Assembly (NCBI GenBank): GCA_965263295.1
Contig: OZ253665.1
Location: forward strand, 2,144,001 to 2,208,000
Source: Spirochaetia bacterium
Lineage (GTDB): Bacteria > Spirochaetota > Spirochaetia > SP-2023
Length of the DNA stretch: 64,000 bases
Direction of reading: 5' to 3'
The notes below the pieces were generated by a model, which saw nothing but the letters and a program-made list of their open reading frames with translations, was not told the DNA's origin and searched no databases. Within the stretch, counting starts at the first letter, position 1. Each line of letters starts with the position of its first letter. This document shows, piece by piece, positions 20,757-30,291 of the stretch. The translations under genes were made by a program, and so were the position numbers.

Positions 20757-22373
20757 ATGAATATGAAAAAGTTTTATTTATTACTCGCCGCTTCTTTGGC
20801 CGCGCTGCTGGCGCTAGCCTGTGGCCGGACCAAAGAAGTCCAAGGAGATCAAGAGGCTCAGGTGGGTCAGAACGCCGGCCAAGACGAAGTGGTATTTGTG
20901 ATGAATAACGGCACCGAACCACAGTCCTTGGACCCCCATAAATATTCAGGTGTGCCTGAATCCCGCATTTATCAGGCACTTTTTCAGAGCCTGATCACCT
21001 ACGACCCGCAAACCGGGCGCGAGGTCCCTGGAATTGCCGAGTCCTGGAGCAATGACGGTGCCGTGTATACCATGCAGCTGCGCCCGGATCTTGTCTGGAG
21101 CGATGGAGTGAAGATTACGGCCCAGACCGTGCGCGATTCCTGGTTGCGGGGCTTGGATCCCGAAACCGCTTCGCCGTATGCCTGGTTTCCCGCCATGTTC
21201 ATCCAGGGGGCCGCAGACTACAACAGCGGCGCGGCAGGTCCGGAAGCCGTGGCGATTGAGGCCGTGGACGACTACACCTTTCGGTTTGAAACGGTTGGAG
21301 ACTTGCCTTATGTCATCGGCGCCCTGGCGCATTACTCTTTTGGAGTTGTGCCGTTGCACGCGATTGAAAAGTATGGCAACGACTGGACGAAGCCGGAGAA
21401 CTTTGTCGGCAACGGCCCCTTTGTGCTGACCGAGTGGAAGCCGCAAGAAATCATTGTGGCAAAAAAGAATCAGAGTTTCTGGAACAAAGACAATGTGTTC
21501 ATTGATCGCATTGAGTTCCTGCCGATTGAAGACCATAATACGGCCTCCAACATGTACGAGAACGGCGAGCTGGACTGGAATCAATATGTTCCGATTGAAC
21601 AATTCGAAAGCTGGCTCGGACGCGAGGATTTTTACGTTTCGCAGTATCTAGCTACTTATTACTATCAGTTCAATCAGACCCGCGCTCCGTACGACGATGT
21701 GCGCGTGCGCAGGGCCCTGGCCTTGAGCATCGGCCGCGAAGACGTCGCCAATAAATTGGTAGCCCAGGGGCAGACGCCGGCCTACGGTATCGTGCCGCCG
21801 ATGGATGGCTATACCCCCATTGATAGAGTTGAAGAAGATGCCGAGCGGGCCCGGCAGTTGCTCGCGGAGGCCGGTTATCCCGACGGTGAAGGTTTCCCGC
21901 CGATGACGATTCTGTACAATACCAGTGAAAGCCATAAAAAGATTGCCGAATTTATCCAGCAGCGCTGGGGTGAGGTCTTGGGCATCCAGGTCGAATTGGC
22001 CAACCAGGAGTGGAAGACCTTTTTGGCTTCCCGCCGCAACAAGGAATATGATGTCACCTGGGCGGGTTGGATTGGCGACTACCTCGACCCCAATACTTTT
22101 CTGGACATGTTTGCGAGCGGCGGCGCCATGAACGACCCTGGCTATAGCAACCCGCAGTACGACGAGTTAATCGCCGCCGCCGCGCGTCAGCAGGGGGCGG
22201 AGCGCATGGCCAGCTTGCGCCAGGCCGAGGACTTGCTGATTAATCAGGATGTCGTCATCGCTCCCCTGTACTTTTATGTCCGGGTACAACAGTTTGACTC
22301 AAACAAATGGCAAGGCTGGTACACCAATACATTGGACATGCATTCGTATGAAGGCCTGCGCCTCAAACAGTAA
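20757..22373 (+). CDS. oppA: Oligopeptide ABC transporter substrate-binding lipoprotein
   Basis: Lipobox LALAC; NNGTEPQSLDPH, VGNGPF, GWIGDYLDPNTFL (SBP family 5). Confidence 0.95.
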   Translation: MNMKKFYLLLAASLAALLALACGRTKEVQGDQEAQVGQNAGQDEVVFVMNNGTEPQSLDPHKYSGVPESRIYQALFQSLITYDPQTGREVPGIAESWSNDGAVYTMQLRPDLVWSDGVKITAQTVRDSWLRGLDPETASPYAWFPAMFIQGAADYNSGAAGPEAVAIEAVDDYTFRFETVGDLPYVIGALAHYSFGVVPLHAIEKYGNDWTKPENFVGNGPFVLTEWKPQEIIVAKKNQSFWNKDNVFIDRIEFLPIEDHNTASNMYENGELDWNQYVPIEQFESWLGREDFYVSQYLATYYYQFNQTRAPYDDVRVRRALALSIGREDVANKLVAQGQTPAYGIVPPMDGYTPIDRVEEDAERARQLLAEAGYPDGEGFPPMTILYNTSESHKKIAEFIQQRWGEVLGIQVELANQEWKTFLASRRNKEYDVTWAGWIGDYLDPNTFLDMFASGGAMNDPGYSNPQYDELIAAAARQQGAERMASLRQAEDLLINQDVVIAPLYFYVRVQQFDSNKWQGWYTNTLDMHSYEGLRLKQ

Positions 22374-22384
22374 AACGGCGTGGT

Positions 22385-22434
22385 CGGGCCCCCGCTGGAC
22401 GCCGCGTTGGATGACGCCCCGCGGGGCCCGTTTT
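22385..22434 (+). terminator. GC-rich hairpin after oppA (partial terminator or mRNA stabiliser)
   Basis: CGGGCCCCCGC...GCGGGGCCCG TTTT. Confidence 0.6.
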
Positions 22435-22457
22435 GCCTTTAAGGACTTGGAGTGAGT

Positions 22458-23393
22458 ATGGGCTTATTTTTGCTGCGCCGCATCCTGGGTATGGCAATCA
22501 CCTTGTGGGTCATTCTCACCGTCAGTTTTTTCTTTATACGCCTGGCGCCGGGCGGCCCGTTTCTGGCCGAACGCAACTTGCCCGAAGAAGTGGTGCGCAA
22601 TCTGGAGCGCCAATACGGTCTGGACCAGCCCCTGCTCATCCAATACCTGAAGTACATCGGCAACTTTGCCCGCGGAGACCTGGGCTTTTCCATGAATTAC
22701 CTGGATCGGGATATCTTGTACTTTATTCAGGCCAATTTGCCGGTTTCCATGTTCCTGGGCGTGGTGACCCTGATTTATGCCGTGATTATCGGCCTAAGTT
22801 CGGGTGTCTGTGCCGCGCTCCGGCAAAACTCCTGGCTGGATTACCTGGTCATGGCGGGGGCGACCGTGGGGATATCGGTTCCAATCTTCGTGGTGGGGCC
22901 CGTTTTGATGTATATTTTTGCCATGAAGCTGCAGTGGCTGCCGACTTCCGGCTGGATTCACGGGCGCAACGGCAGCTGGCTGAACATGATCATGCCGGTG
23001 ATTGCCCTGGGTTTCCCGGTCGTGGCGAATATCGCGCGCCTGATGCGCGCCAGCGTTTTGGAAACTTTGCAGAGCGATTTTATCCGCACGGCCTACGCCA
23101 AGGGGCTGAGTACGACGCGAATTGTCTTGCGCCACGTCTTGCGTGCTTCAATCACGCCGGTGATCAGTTATCTTGGGCCGGCTTTCGCCGGCATTGTTAC
23201 CGGCAGTGTGGTGGTCGAAACCATCTTCCGCATTCCGGGCCTAGGAAAGCTCTTTGTGCAGTCTTCATTTAACCGCGACTACACCATGATCATGGGCCTG
23301 GTGCTGGTTTACTCTTCTCTTCTGATTCTCTCTAATTTTGTCGTAGACATACTTTACGCCTATATTGATCCGCGTGTGGGCAAGAGGCGCTAG
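22458..23393 (+). CDS. oppB: Oligopeptide ABC transporter permease
   Basis: LAPGGPF, DFIRTAYAKGL, ETIFRIPGLG, NRDY, YAYIDPRV. Confidence 0.96.
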   Translation: MGLFLLRRILGMAITLWVILTVSFFFIRLAPGGPFLAERNLPEEVVRNLERQYGLDQPLLIQYLKYIGNFARGDLGFSMNYLDRDILYFIQANLPVSMFLGVVTLIYAVIIGLSSGVCAALRQNSWLDYLVMAGATVGISVPIFVVGPVLMYIFAMKLQWLPTSGWIHGRNGSWLNMIMPVIALGFPVVANIARLMRASVLETLQSDFIRTAYAKGLSTTRIVLRHVLRASITPVISYLGPAFAGIVTGSVVVETIFRIPGLGKLFVQSSFNRDYTMIMGLVLVYSSLLILSNFVVDILYAYIDPRVGKRR

Positions 23394-23455
23394 AGCCCAG
23401 GAAACGTCAAGGACGCTCCAAGAAGTCTAAGGAAAACCTCAGGAAGGATTGCGCG

Positions 23456-24595
23456 ATGAACACCAAACACGATAGTCCTGTGCACAGTAGCTTGCAGATT
23501 GAGCCGCGACGTGAGGAGCCTGGCGCGGCCGAGTCCCTGAGCGCGAATGCTGACTTCAACAGCGAAAAGAGCATCAGCCTGACGCGCGATGCGCTGCGCC
23601 GCCTGCGCAAAAACAGGATGGCCATGATGGCCCTGCTCGTCTTGCTGCTGTATGTGCTGGTCTCCTTCAGTGCCAATTGGTTGCCGATTTATTCGTACAA
23701 ATTCCAGATATTGGATCACAAGAATCTGCCTCCTTCTTTGACCAAGACGGCCGGGCAGCTGTGGTATGAGCGCGAGCTCAAACTGGCACAGCGTCTTGCC
23801 GCACGCCAGGAGCGCGATCTGAATGACGCAGAGCAAAAGAAACTGGCCGCCATTGAGTACAAAATAGAGCATGATCGCATGGAAATTAATGGCGAAATGC
23901 TCAATCCCCATTTGCGTCATTACTGGCTCGGTACCGATGCACTGGGTCGCGACGTCTTGAGCCGAACTATTTATGGCGGCCGCATCTCGATCAGCATTGG
24001 CCTGATCGGCGCCTTGACCGCAGTGCTGATCGGCATCGTGGTCGGTGCGGTCGCGGGTTTTTATGGCGGCCGCATTGATTACATGTTGATGCGTTTTGTC
24101 GACGTGCTCTATGGCCTGCCGTATATGCTGCTGGTCGTCGTGCTGATGGCCGTCCTGGGCAAAAGTATATTGAACCTCTACATCGCCCTGGCCCTGATTA
24201 GCTGGCTGACCGTGGCGCGCGTGGTGCGGGGACAGATACTTTCGCTTAAACATGCCGAGTTTGTCGAGGCGGCGCGCACCATGGGTGCCAGCACCGCCCG
24301 CATCATCATTAAACATATGATACCGAATACTTTAGGTGTCATCATCGTGTTCACCACTTTGCGCATCCCGGCTTTCATCATGGCCGAGGCTTTTCTCTCT
24401 TTCCTGGGCCTGGGGGTTTCGGCGCCGCTGGCTTCCTGGGGCTCTCTGATCGGAGTGGCCGTTCCCGCGCTTGAAACCTATTCTTGGCAGCTGTTCGTGC
24501 CTTCGCTCGCCATGATTGTCTTTCTGTTTGCCATGAACTTTTTGGGCGACGGTTTGCGCGACGCCTTTGATCCCAAAGGCAAAGTTAAAAATTAA
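23456..24595 (+). CDS. oppC: Oligopeptide ABC transporter permease
   Basis: WLGTDALGRD, EFVEAARTMGAS, LSFLGLG, NFLGDGLRDAFDP. Confidence 0.96.
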   Translation: MNTKHDSPVHSSLQIEPRREEPGAAESLSANADFNSEKSISLTRDALRRLRKNRMAMMALLVLLLYVLVSFSANWLPIYSYKFQILDHKNLPPSLTKTAGQLWYERELKLAQRLAARQERDLNDAEQKKLAAIEYKIEHDRMEINGEMLNPHLRHYWLGTDALGRDVLSRTIYGGRISISIGLIGALTAVLIGIVVGAVAGFYGGRIDYMLMRFVDVLYGLPYMLLVVVLMAVLGKSILNLYIALALISWLTVARVVRGQILSLKHAEFVEAARTMGASTARIIIKHMIPNTLGVIIVFTTLRIPAFIMAEAFLSFLGLGVSAPLASWGSLIGVAVPALETYSWQLFVPSLAMIVFLFAMNFLGDGLRDAFDPKGKVKN

Positions 24596-24659
24596 AGGTA
24601 ATCAGACTCATCTGGGACAGGGGCCGTCGAGCGCTCTGTGCCAGAGCGGGGGAAGCGAT

Positions 24660-25736
24660 ATGAAAGACGTGATTTTGCAAGTGGATAATTTGTCTACCGA
24701 ATTCTCTACCAAGGACGGCGTGATTAATGCCGTCAATGAAGTCAGCTTCTCACTGCGCCAGGGCGAGGTTCTGGGCCTGGTGGGCGAATCTGGCTGTGGC
24801 AAGTCGGTGACCGTAATGTCTTTGTTGCGCTTGTTGCCAAAGCATTCGGCGCGCAGCCGGGGGCGCGTGCTGTTCCGCGGCCAAGATCTGCTGCAAATAA
24901 CAGACAGGCAACTGCAACAAGTGCGGGGCAACAAGATTTCGATGATTTTTCAGGATCCGATGACTTCGCTCAACCCCTACATGCGGATTGCGGACCAGAT
25001 CACCGAAACCATGCGGGTACACAAGAAGATGAAACGGCACGAGGAGCGTCAGCGCTGCCTGGAGCTCCTGCAAGCGGTGGGCATCCGAAATGCCGAGCGA
25101 CGCATGAACAGTTTTCCGCACGAATTTTCTGGGGGTATGCGGCAGCGCGTGATGATTGCGATGGCCCTCGCCTGCGAGCCGGATGTGATAATCGCCGATG
25201 AGCCGACTACGGCCCTGGACGTCAGTGTCCAGGTGCAGTTTCTGGATGTTCTGAAAGACCTGGCGGAACGTTTTGGCACTAGCGTGATCTTCATTACGCA
25301 CGACTTGAGCGTGATCGCCAATATATGCGACCGCGTGGCCGTAATGTATGCCGGCCGAATTATCGAGACCGCCCCTGTCGAAAGTTTATTTGCGAGTCCG
25401 AGCCACCCGTATACCCAAGGCCTTCTGGACTCGGTGGTGCAGTTGTATGAACGCCAGGAGGGAGACCTGCGGATAATTGAAGGGCAGCCCCCCATTCTGA
25501 TTGACATGCCCGAAGCTTGCCTGTTTTTCCCGCGCTGTAAATATACGCGAGCTAAATGCCGCAGTGCCCGGCCGCAATTGCAGCCCGTGGCGGCGGCCCG
25601 CATGTCCGAAACTCATATGTCAGAAACTCGCATTTCAGAAACCCATATGGCCGCCGGCGCAACTCTCCCGCCGCAAACTCTGCACCGCGCCGCTTGCTGG
25701 CGCTTGCAGGAGGGCTGGGAAGTTGAGGAACGTTGA
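24660..25736 (+). CDS. oppD: Oligopeptide ABC transporter ATP-binding protein
   Basis: GESGCGKS, FSGGMRQR, IIADEPTTALD, Cys-rich C-terminal domain. Confidence 0.96.
   Translation: MKDVILQVDNLSTEFSTKDGVINAVNEVSFSLRQGEVLGLVGESGCGKSVTVMSLLRLLPKHSARSRGRVLFRGQDLLQITDRQLQQVRGNKISMIFQDPMTSLNPYMRIADQITETMRVHKKMKRHEERQRCLELLQAVGIRNAERRMNSFPHEFSGGMRQRVMIAMALACEPDVIIADEPTTALDVSVQVQFLDVLKDLAERFGTSVIFITHDLSVIANICDRVAVMYAGRIIETAPVESLFASPSHPYTQGLLDSVVQLYERQEGDLRIIEGQPPILIDMPEACLFFPRCKYTRAKCRSARPQLQPVAAARMSETHMSETRISETHMAAGATLPPQTLHRAACWRLQEGWEVEER
25602..25646 (+). repeat. In-frame 15-nt imperfect tandem repeat x3 (MSETH-MSETR-ISETH) in oppD
   Basis: ATGTCCGAAACTCAT ATGTCAGAAACTCGC ATTTCAGAAACCCAT. Confidence 0.9.
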
Positions 25737-25737
25737 T

Positions 25738-26730
25738 ATGGCAGAAGATATTCTCTTGCAAATCAAGGATTTAAAAGTCCATTTCCCGACCGGTGGGCCC
25801 ATCCCGTGGGGAAAATCCAGAGACTGTGTCAAAGCGGTCGATGGCATTAGTTTTTCGGTGCCGAAAGGCAGTACTTTCGGACTGGTCGGAGAGTCTGGTT
25901 GCGGTAAAAGTACCACCGCGCGGACAGTTGTCCTTTTAAACAAACCGACTGCCGGGCACATCATTTTTGGTACGACGGATATTGCGAGCGCTAAAAATAA
26001 GGAAATACTCGCACTGCGCCGCGATATCCAGATGATCTTTCAAGACCCTTATGCCTCGTTAAGTTCTCGCATGACTGTGCAGTCTATTATTGCGGAGCCG
26101 CTGCAGATTCTGCGCAACAATCGAGTACTTGACATCAGCAAGCAGGAAATCGGCGCGCGCGTCGCAGACTTACTGCAAAAGGTGGGACTGCGCGATTCCA
26201 TGAAAAAACGTTTCCCGCACGAGTTTTCGGGTGGACAGCGGCAACGCATTGGCATTGCAAGGGCCATCGCCAGTTTCCCGAAGCTGGTAATTTGCGATGA
26301 GCCGATCAGCGCTCTGGACGTCAGCGTTCAGGCCCAGATACTGAATCTACTGCGCCACTTGCAGGAGGCTTTGGGTTTGACTTACTTATTCATTGCCCAC
26401 GATTTGACGGTTGTAGAATACATCTGTGACCGCATCGGCGTGATGTATCTGGGATCAATGATGGAAGTTGCCGACTCTGCTGTTTTGCGTGTGCGGCCTT
26501 TGCACCCTTATACGCAAATGTTGTTGTCGGCTGTGCTGGTGCCAGATCCGGCAAAAGCTCGATGGAGCGACCACCGCAAGGTGCGCGGCGAGGCCGAGCT
26601 GTTGTCTGCGGATTTGGGCTGCCCGTTTTTTCATCGTTGCCCGCAACGTATGGCGAAGTGCCAGGAGCAGAAGCCTCAGCTGCGCGAGGTGGAAGGTGGC
26701 CACCAGGTCGCTTGCCATCTGTACGATTGA
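25738..26730 (+). CDS. oppF: Oligopeptide ABC transporter ATP-binding protein
   Basis: GESGCGKST, FSGGQRQR, ICDEPISALD, GCPFFHRCP...HQVACHL. Confidence 0.96.
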   Translation: MAEDILLQIKDLKVHFPTGGPIPWGKSRDCVKAVDGISFSVPKGSTFGLVGESGCGKSTTARTVVLLNKPTAGHIIFGTTDIASAKNKEILALRRDIQMIFQDPYASLSSRMTVQSIIAEPLQILRNNRVLDISKQEIGARVADLLQKVGLRDSMKKRFPHEFSGGQRQRIGIARAIASFPKLVICDEPISALDVSVQAQILNLLRHLQEALGLTYLFIAHDLTVVEYICDRIGVMYLGSMMEVADSAVLRVRPLHPYTQMLLSAVLVPDPAKARWSDHRKVRGEAELLSADLGCPFFHRCPQRMAKCQEQKPQLREVEGGHQVACHLYD

Positions 26731-26785
26731 TTCTGGCTCTCTAACCGGCAACTTGTCGGGGCTGGGGGCTGTCTCTGCTTGCAAT

Positions 26786-27580
26786 TCACTGACGTAAAAT
26801 TAGTTCAGGCACAATGGAGTGCAAGCGTTGCAGAAACGCAGCTTGAAAAAAGGCAGAGCTAGCTGAGCTCCAGGCCGCAGCTTCTGTCCTCGTCTCAAGC
26901 TGCGGATAACGCTCAGTCGGCTGTACTTTTTGCAAAGCGATCTGAAAGCCCTGACTCGGCATAAAGCCCGCTGCCCGGAGAGCCCGTAGTTCAGCTTCCA
27001 GGTCCGTCAAGCTCCAGACTTCAGGCGCCAAGGTCAGACGGATCTCCGCGCTACGCCGGACTGATCCCCGTGTTTCAGCACCGAACAGGTTCTGAAGCTG
27101 CCACAGCAGAGATTTTACTTTTTTCGGCAATTGTACATTGCGACCACGGCTTGCCCCCACGGCCTGTAGGTAAGGACCATCGTTATCAGCGCTCAAAAGC
27201 GGGGCCTTGAGATCCAGGCCCAACCAATCCAGACGACGTTCATCAAACTGCTGCAAAATCATGTCCGGATTATAACCCGCGCTATGCATTCCTAATTTCA
27301 TATCCGGGAAATCGTTGCGCAGGCCACCCAAAATCCGTTGCAGCGTCGCAGCATCCAGGCTGCTCGGCTCCCCGCCACTGAGGACAAAAGCCTCTAGCAT
27401 GCCTTGATGAGCGCGGATTTTCGCTAGCACTTCCCGCTCAAAAAAGGCCCAGTCCACGGGACAATACTCTTGCAAGACCCAACTGTGACAATGGGGACAA
27501 CGCAACGGGCAGCCCCGTAAATAAAGGCTGCAAGCCAAGGCATCAGGGTAATCAATCAGGGTAAACTCAATAAATTCCAT
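26786..27580 (-). CDS. Radical SAM activating enzyme, anaerobic ribonucleotide reductase activase (NrdG2-like)
   Basis: TLIDYPDALAC, GCPLRCPHCH (CxxxCxxC), VLSGGEP, DWLGLDLKAP. Confidence 0.75.
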   Translation of the reverse strand: MEFIEFTLIDYPDALACSLYLRGCPLRCPHCHSWVLQEYCPVDWAFFEREVLAKIRAHQGMLEAFVLSGGEPSSLDAATLQRILGGLRNDFPDMKLGMHSAGYNPDMILQQFDERRLDWLGLDLKAPLLSADNDGPYLQAVGASRGRNVQLPKKVKSLLWQLQNLFGAETRGSVRRSAEIRLTLAPEVWSLTDLEAELRALRAAGFMPSQGFQIALQKVQPTERYPQLETRTEAAAWSSASSAFFQAAFLQRLHSIVPELILRQ

Positions 27581-27705
27581 CGCACCTGTCAACCGCAGCT
27601 TCGGCGGAACCCCAAGCTAGAAAACATTGCCAGAAGGCTCTACGACTGAACGATTTCGCTCAAAGTTTCCGCGGATCCGCCCAATAATTGGGAATGGCGA
27701 GGAGA

Positions 27706-28869
27706 CTACTCTTTGGCTAAGTCGCGAAACTGGGCAAAATATTTGGCCAAAAGTTCAGCTCGTTTTTGCTCAAAAGGGATTTCACGCCAAAAAAATTGCC
27801 GCAACTCCGGATGAAAACGCATCTGTCCGCGCGACTCCTCCTGTATCCACTGGCAATATGCAGCCACGAAAGCTTGTTGCTCATTTTTACCTGGAAAGTT
27901 AAGCTTGCGGTATAAGTCATAAAATCCTCCCGTTAAGCCTTTTTCCAACCAGTAGCCTCCGGCTGCCAGTTTGGCCGTCTCCCAGCGATAATTGGCCAGG
28001 GCTGTCAGTACCGCGCGCTGGGTATTAGGCGCATACAGTGGGATGACAATCCGCCCGCGACTCTGCGTGCGTTCCAAGCGATCAAATGCTTCCCAACAAG
28101 TCCCATAGTTTGCATACGAAGTTACGAGTATAACATACGGCTCCAAGTCCACTGTTTCTTTCAGTAATTTACGAGTGAAGACTTGTGGATCTATGTCTTT
28201 GACCAGTTCAATGGTTTTCTGTACCGCCTCGCGCGAGGCGATCTGCTGCAAGACAGGACGCATCAAGTCGTTTTTGTGCAAAAAAGGCGTGGCGGTACTT
28301 CTAGCTTGCGCACACATTTTTGCCACGGTCTTTTCAAGGCCTGTGGCCTCACGAATTAAATATAGATTCCTAAAACCGTCATCCTTGCCATTTTTTTCAG
28401 GCTCCTTCTTTACTGGCTTGACCTGCGCCCCTTCGGGTTGTAGCGGGGGCACGGCACCACTGCTAATATTGTGAAACCATTCATCGGTATAGAATACCAG
28501 ACAAGACCCAGAACTATGCAACGGCACCATCTGCAGGGCTTCACAGTCTTCGGGGGCAAGATCCGAAATATGCACTAGCCCATAACGCATGAACAGACGC
28601 GGGCTATTTAATTCAGCAGAGACACAATATGGCAGCAAAGTCTTCAAGGCATTTTGCCAATAAACACGAAACAATGTCGAACTATGCTTTAGGCGCTCCT
28701 GTTTGCGCTGCAAAGATATCGACTGATAATTCTCAAGACTGGTTTCCAAAACTTTTAATTCAGAAAACAGCTCCCGAATATCGGTCTCATAATGTTCATT
28801 CAACTGGCCGTGAGCAACGGTGCTAAAAAGTTTGTTTTCAACAGCATTATGCAAATTCATAGGGGTCAC
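27706..28869 (-). CDS. Hypothetical protein (resembles, from memory, a conserved treponemal family)
   Basis: 387-aa ORF with aromatic-rich C-terminus (PYVILV..YG.CWEAFD..SRGRIVIPLY..YW.E.GLTG.FY). Confidence 0.75.
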   Translation of the reverse strand: MTPMNLHNAVENKLFSTVAHGQLNEHYETDIRELFSELKVLETSLENYQSISLQRKQERLKHSSTLFRVYWQNALKTLLPYCVSAELNSPRLFMRYGLVHISDLAPEDCEALQMVPLHSSGSCLVFYTDEWFHNISSGAVPPLQPEGAQVKPVKKEPEKNGKDDGFRNLYLIREATGLEKTVAKMCAQARSTATPFLHKNDLMRPVLQQIASREAVQKTIELVKDIDPQVFTRKLLKETVDLEPYVILVTSYANYGTCWEAFDRLERTQSRGRIVIPLYAPNTQRAVLTALANYRWETAKLAAGGYWLEKGLTGGFYDLYRKLNFPGKNEQQAFVAAYCQWIQEESRGQMRFHPELRQFFWREIPFEQKRAELLAKYFAQFRDLAKE

Positions 28870-29302
28870 CGTTTAACTATCTGAAAGAGAAATACAAAAA
28901 TAACGGAAAACTAAACTACAGCAAAAATAGAATATGGTCTAAGACCTTGACTTACAAAATATCGCCGTAGAATGCTAGGGACATACCCGATAGATGTCTA
29001 GTCTAAATATTCTGAAAAAAACAAATCGCCATTAGAGAACAATATAGATTAAAGTTGGCGAGCTGAATTCTCAAGCTAAGCGCAATTTCCAGTAAGACTT
29101 GTCATAGACGACTTGTGAGGGGGCTGACTTGTGCCGGCCAGAATGGTTCAATAGCCCGAATTTTCGTTTTGCATTTTGCATGTGAAATGCGGTTTTTCAT
29201 CTTCAGTTTAGAGGGACGAATCTCGGACGAGGGCAGAATAGGTTTCTAAAGAAACTACGTGCGGTGCTTTCGCCAGGAAAAGAATTCTGTATAATAGCAT
29301 CC

Positions 29303-29857
29303 ATGTTTTTTAATATGTTGCGCAAAATTACTATAGCCCGACTTCTGATTATTGCCCTACTGCTAATGTTTCCGGCACTTGCCTTGCTATCTTGTAGCAG
29401 TACCCCGACACTTGAAGATGAGTCGCCGAGTCTCTACTTTAAGGCTGCTGAAATGGCCCGCTTCCAACGCAAGCGCCAGCGAGCTATAGGACTTTACCAG
29501 CTGATCCAATTGCGCTTTGCGGACAACTTTCCCATTTTGCTTGAAGCTGAATTCAGCATTGCCCAAATCTACTTTTCCTGGAATGGGCACGACGAGGAGG
29601 CCAAGACTCACTACGAAAATGTCGTTCAATTTTACCAGCGTCCGGAAATTGGTACAGACACTTTTCCATTGGGCTACCTCAATCTGGCGCTACAAAATCT
29701 GCAAACGATCGCGCGTCGCCGAGGATTTAGCTTTTTACCGCCTAAGACCGATGGTGTGCACACCCTTCACAAAACAAAAGAGGACAAACCTGCGACAGAG
29801 CAAGCTGAAGCCACCAAGCAGATTAATGCTAGTGCCGATACACCGGCAGCAGAATAA
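29303..29857 (+). CDS. TPR-like lipoprotein, possible spirochaete BamD-type protein
   Basis: Lipobox LLSC; TPR-like helices (LYFKAAE..AIGLYQ..RF; EAEFSIAQIYF..AKTHYENVV). Confidence 0.6.
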   Translation: MFFNMLRKITIARLLIIALLLMFPALALLSCSSTPTLEDESPSLYFKAAEMARFQRKRQRAIGLYQLIQLRFADNFPILLEAEFSIAQIYFSWNGHDEEAKTHYENVVQFYQRPEIGTDTFPLGYLNLALQNLQTIARRRGFSFLPPKTDGVHTLHKTKEDKPATEQAEATKQINASADTPAAE

Positions 29858-30291
29858 GCTCCTAAAAATAGGGCATACTTATGATTGTCTTTCAAGCGAT
29901 ACACTGGCTACTTTGCCCCTTGGCAATTGAGCCGGGCTTACCCATGTTGTTCTCCATCAGTATGGGGGGGGGCGCCCTTACAATGTCTTACCGCGGCCAC
30001 GGCCAAAATACTTTTGATTCCGAAGTAAAACTCCTCCATTGGCATTTGCTGTTCCCTGCCTCCGCACTGCCAGCGATTTTAGCCAGCAAGCGAGCTGCGG
30101 TCTCAAACCTGGACACAACTGGCCTCGCTTCTGCCGGCTTCAGCCTCAGAAGAACTGTAGTCAAATCTCTAATGGGCCCCAGTCCATTCCCCAAACTGGG
30201 CCTTCCGTTCTCGTAAGATGCTGCTGCAACGGCAACTAGTTCCGGGCCAGGCAGTACAAAAAACTGGGAGGCCGAGAGCGAATTGGCCTGA

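Noticed and set aside
29096..29131. Three GACTTGT heptamers in a divergent intergenic region
   Set aside because: Spacing is irregular and the motif is short; it cannot be distinguished from chance.
29881..30239. G9 tract (29964-29972) and short overlapping ORFs upstream of the MFS gene
   Set aside because: No frame gives a recognisable protein and the tract is not within an identifiable promoter.
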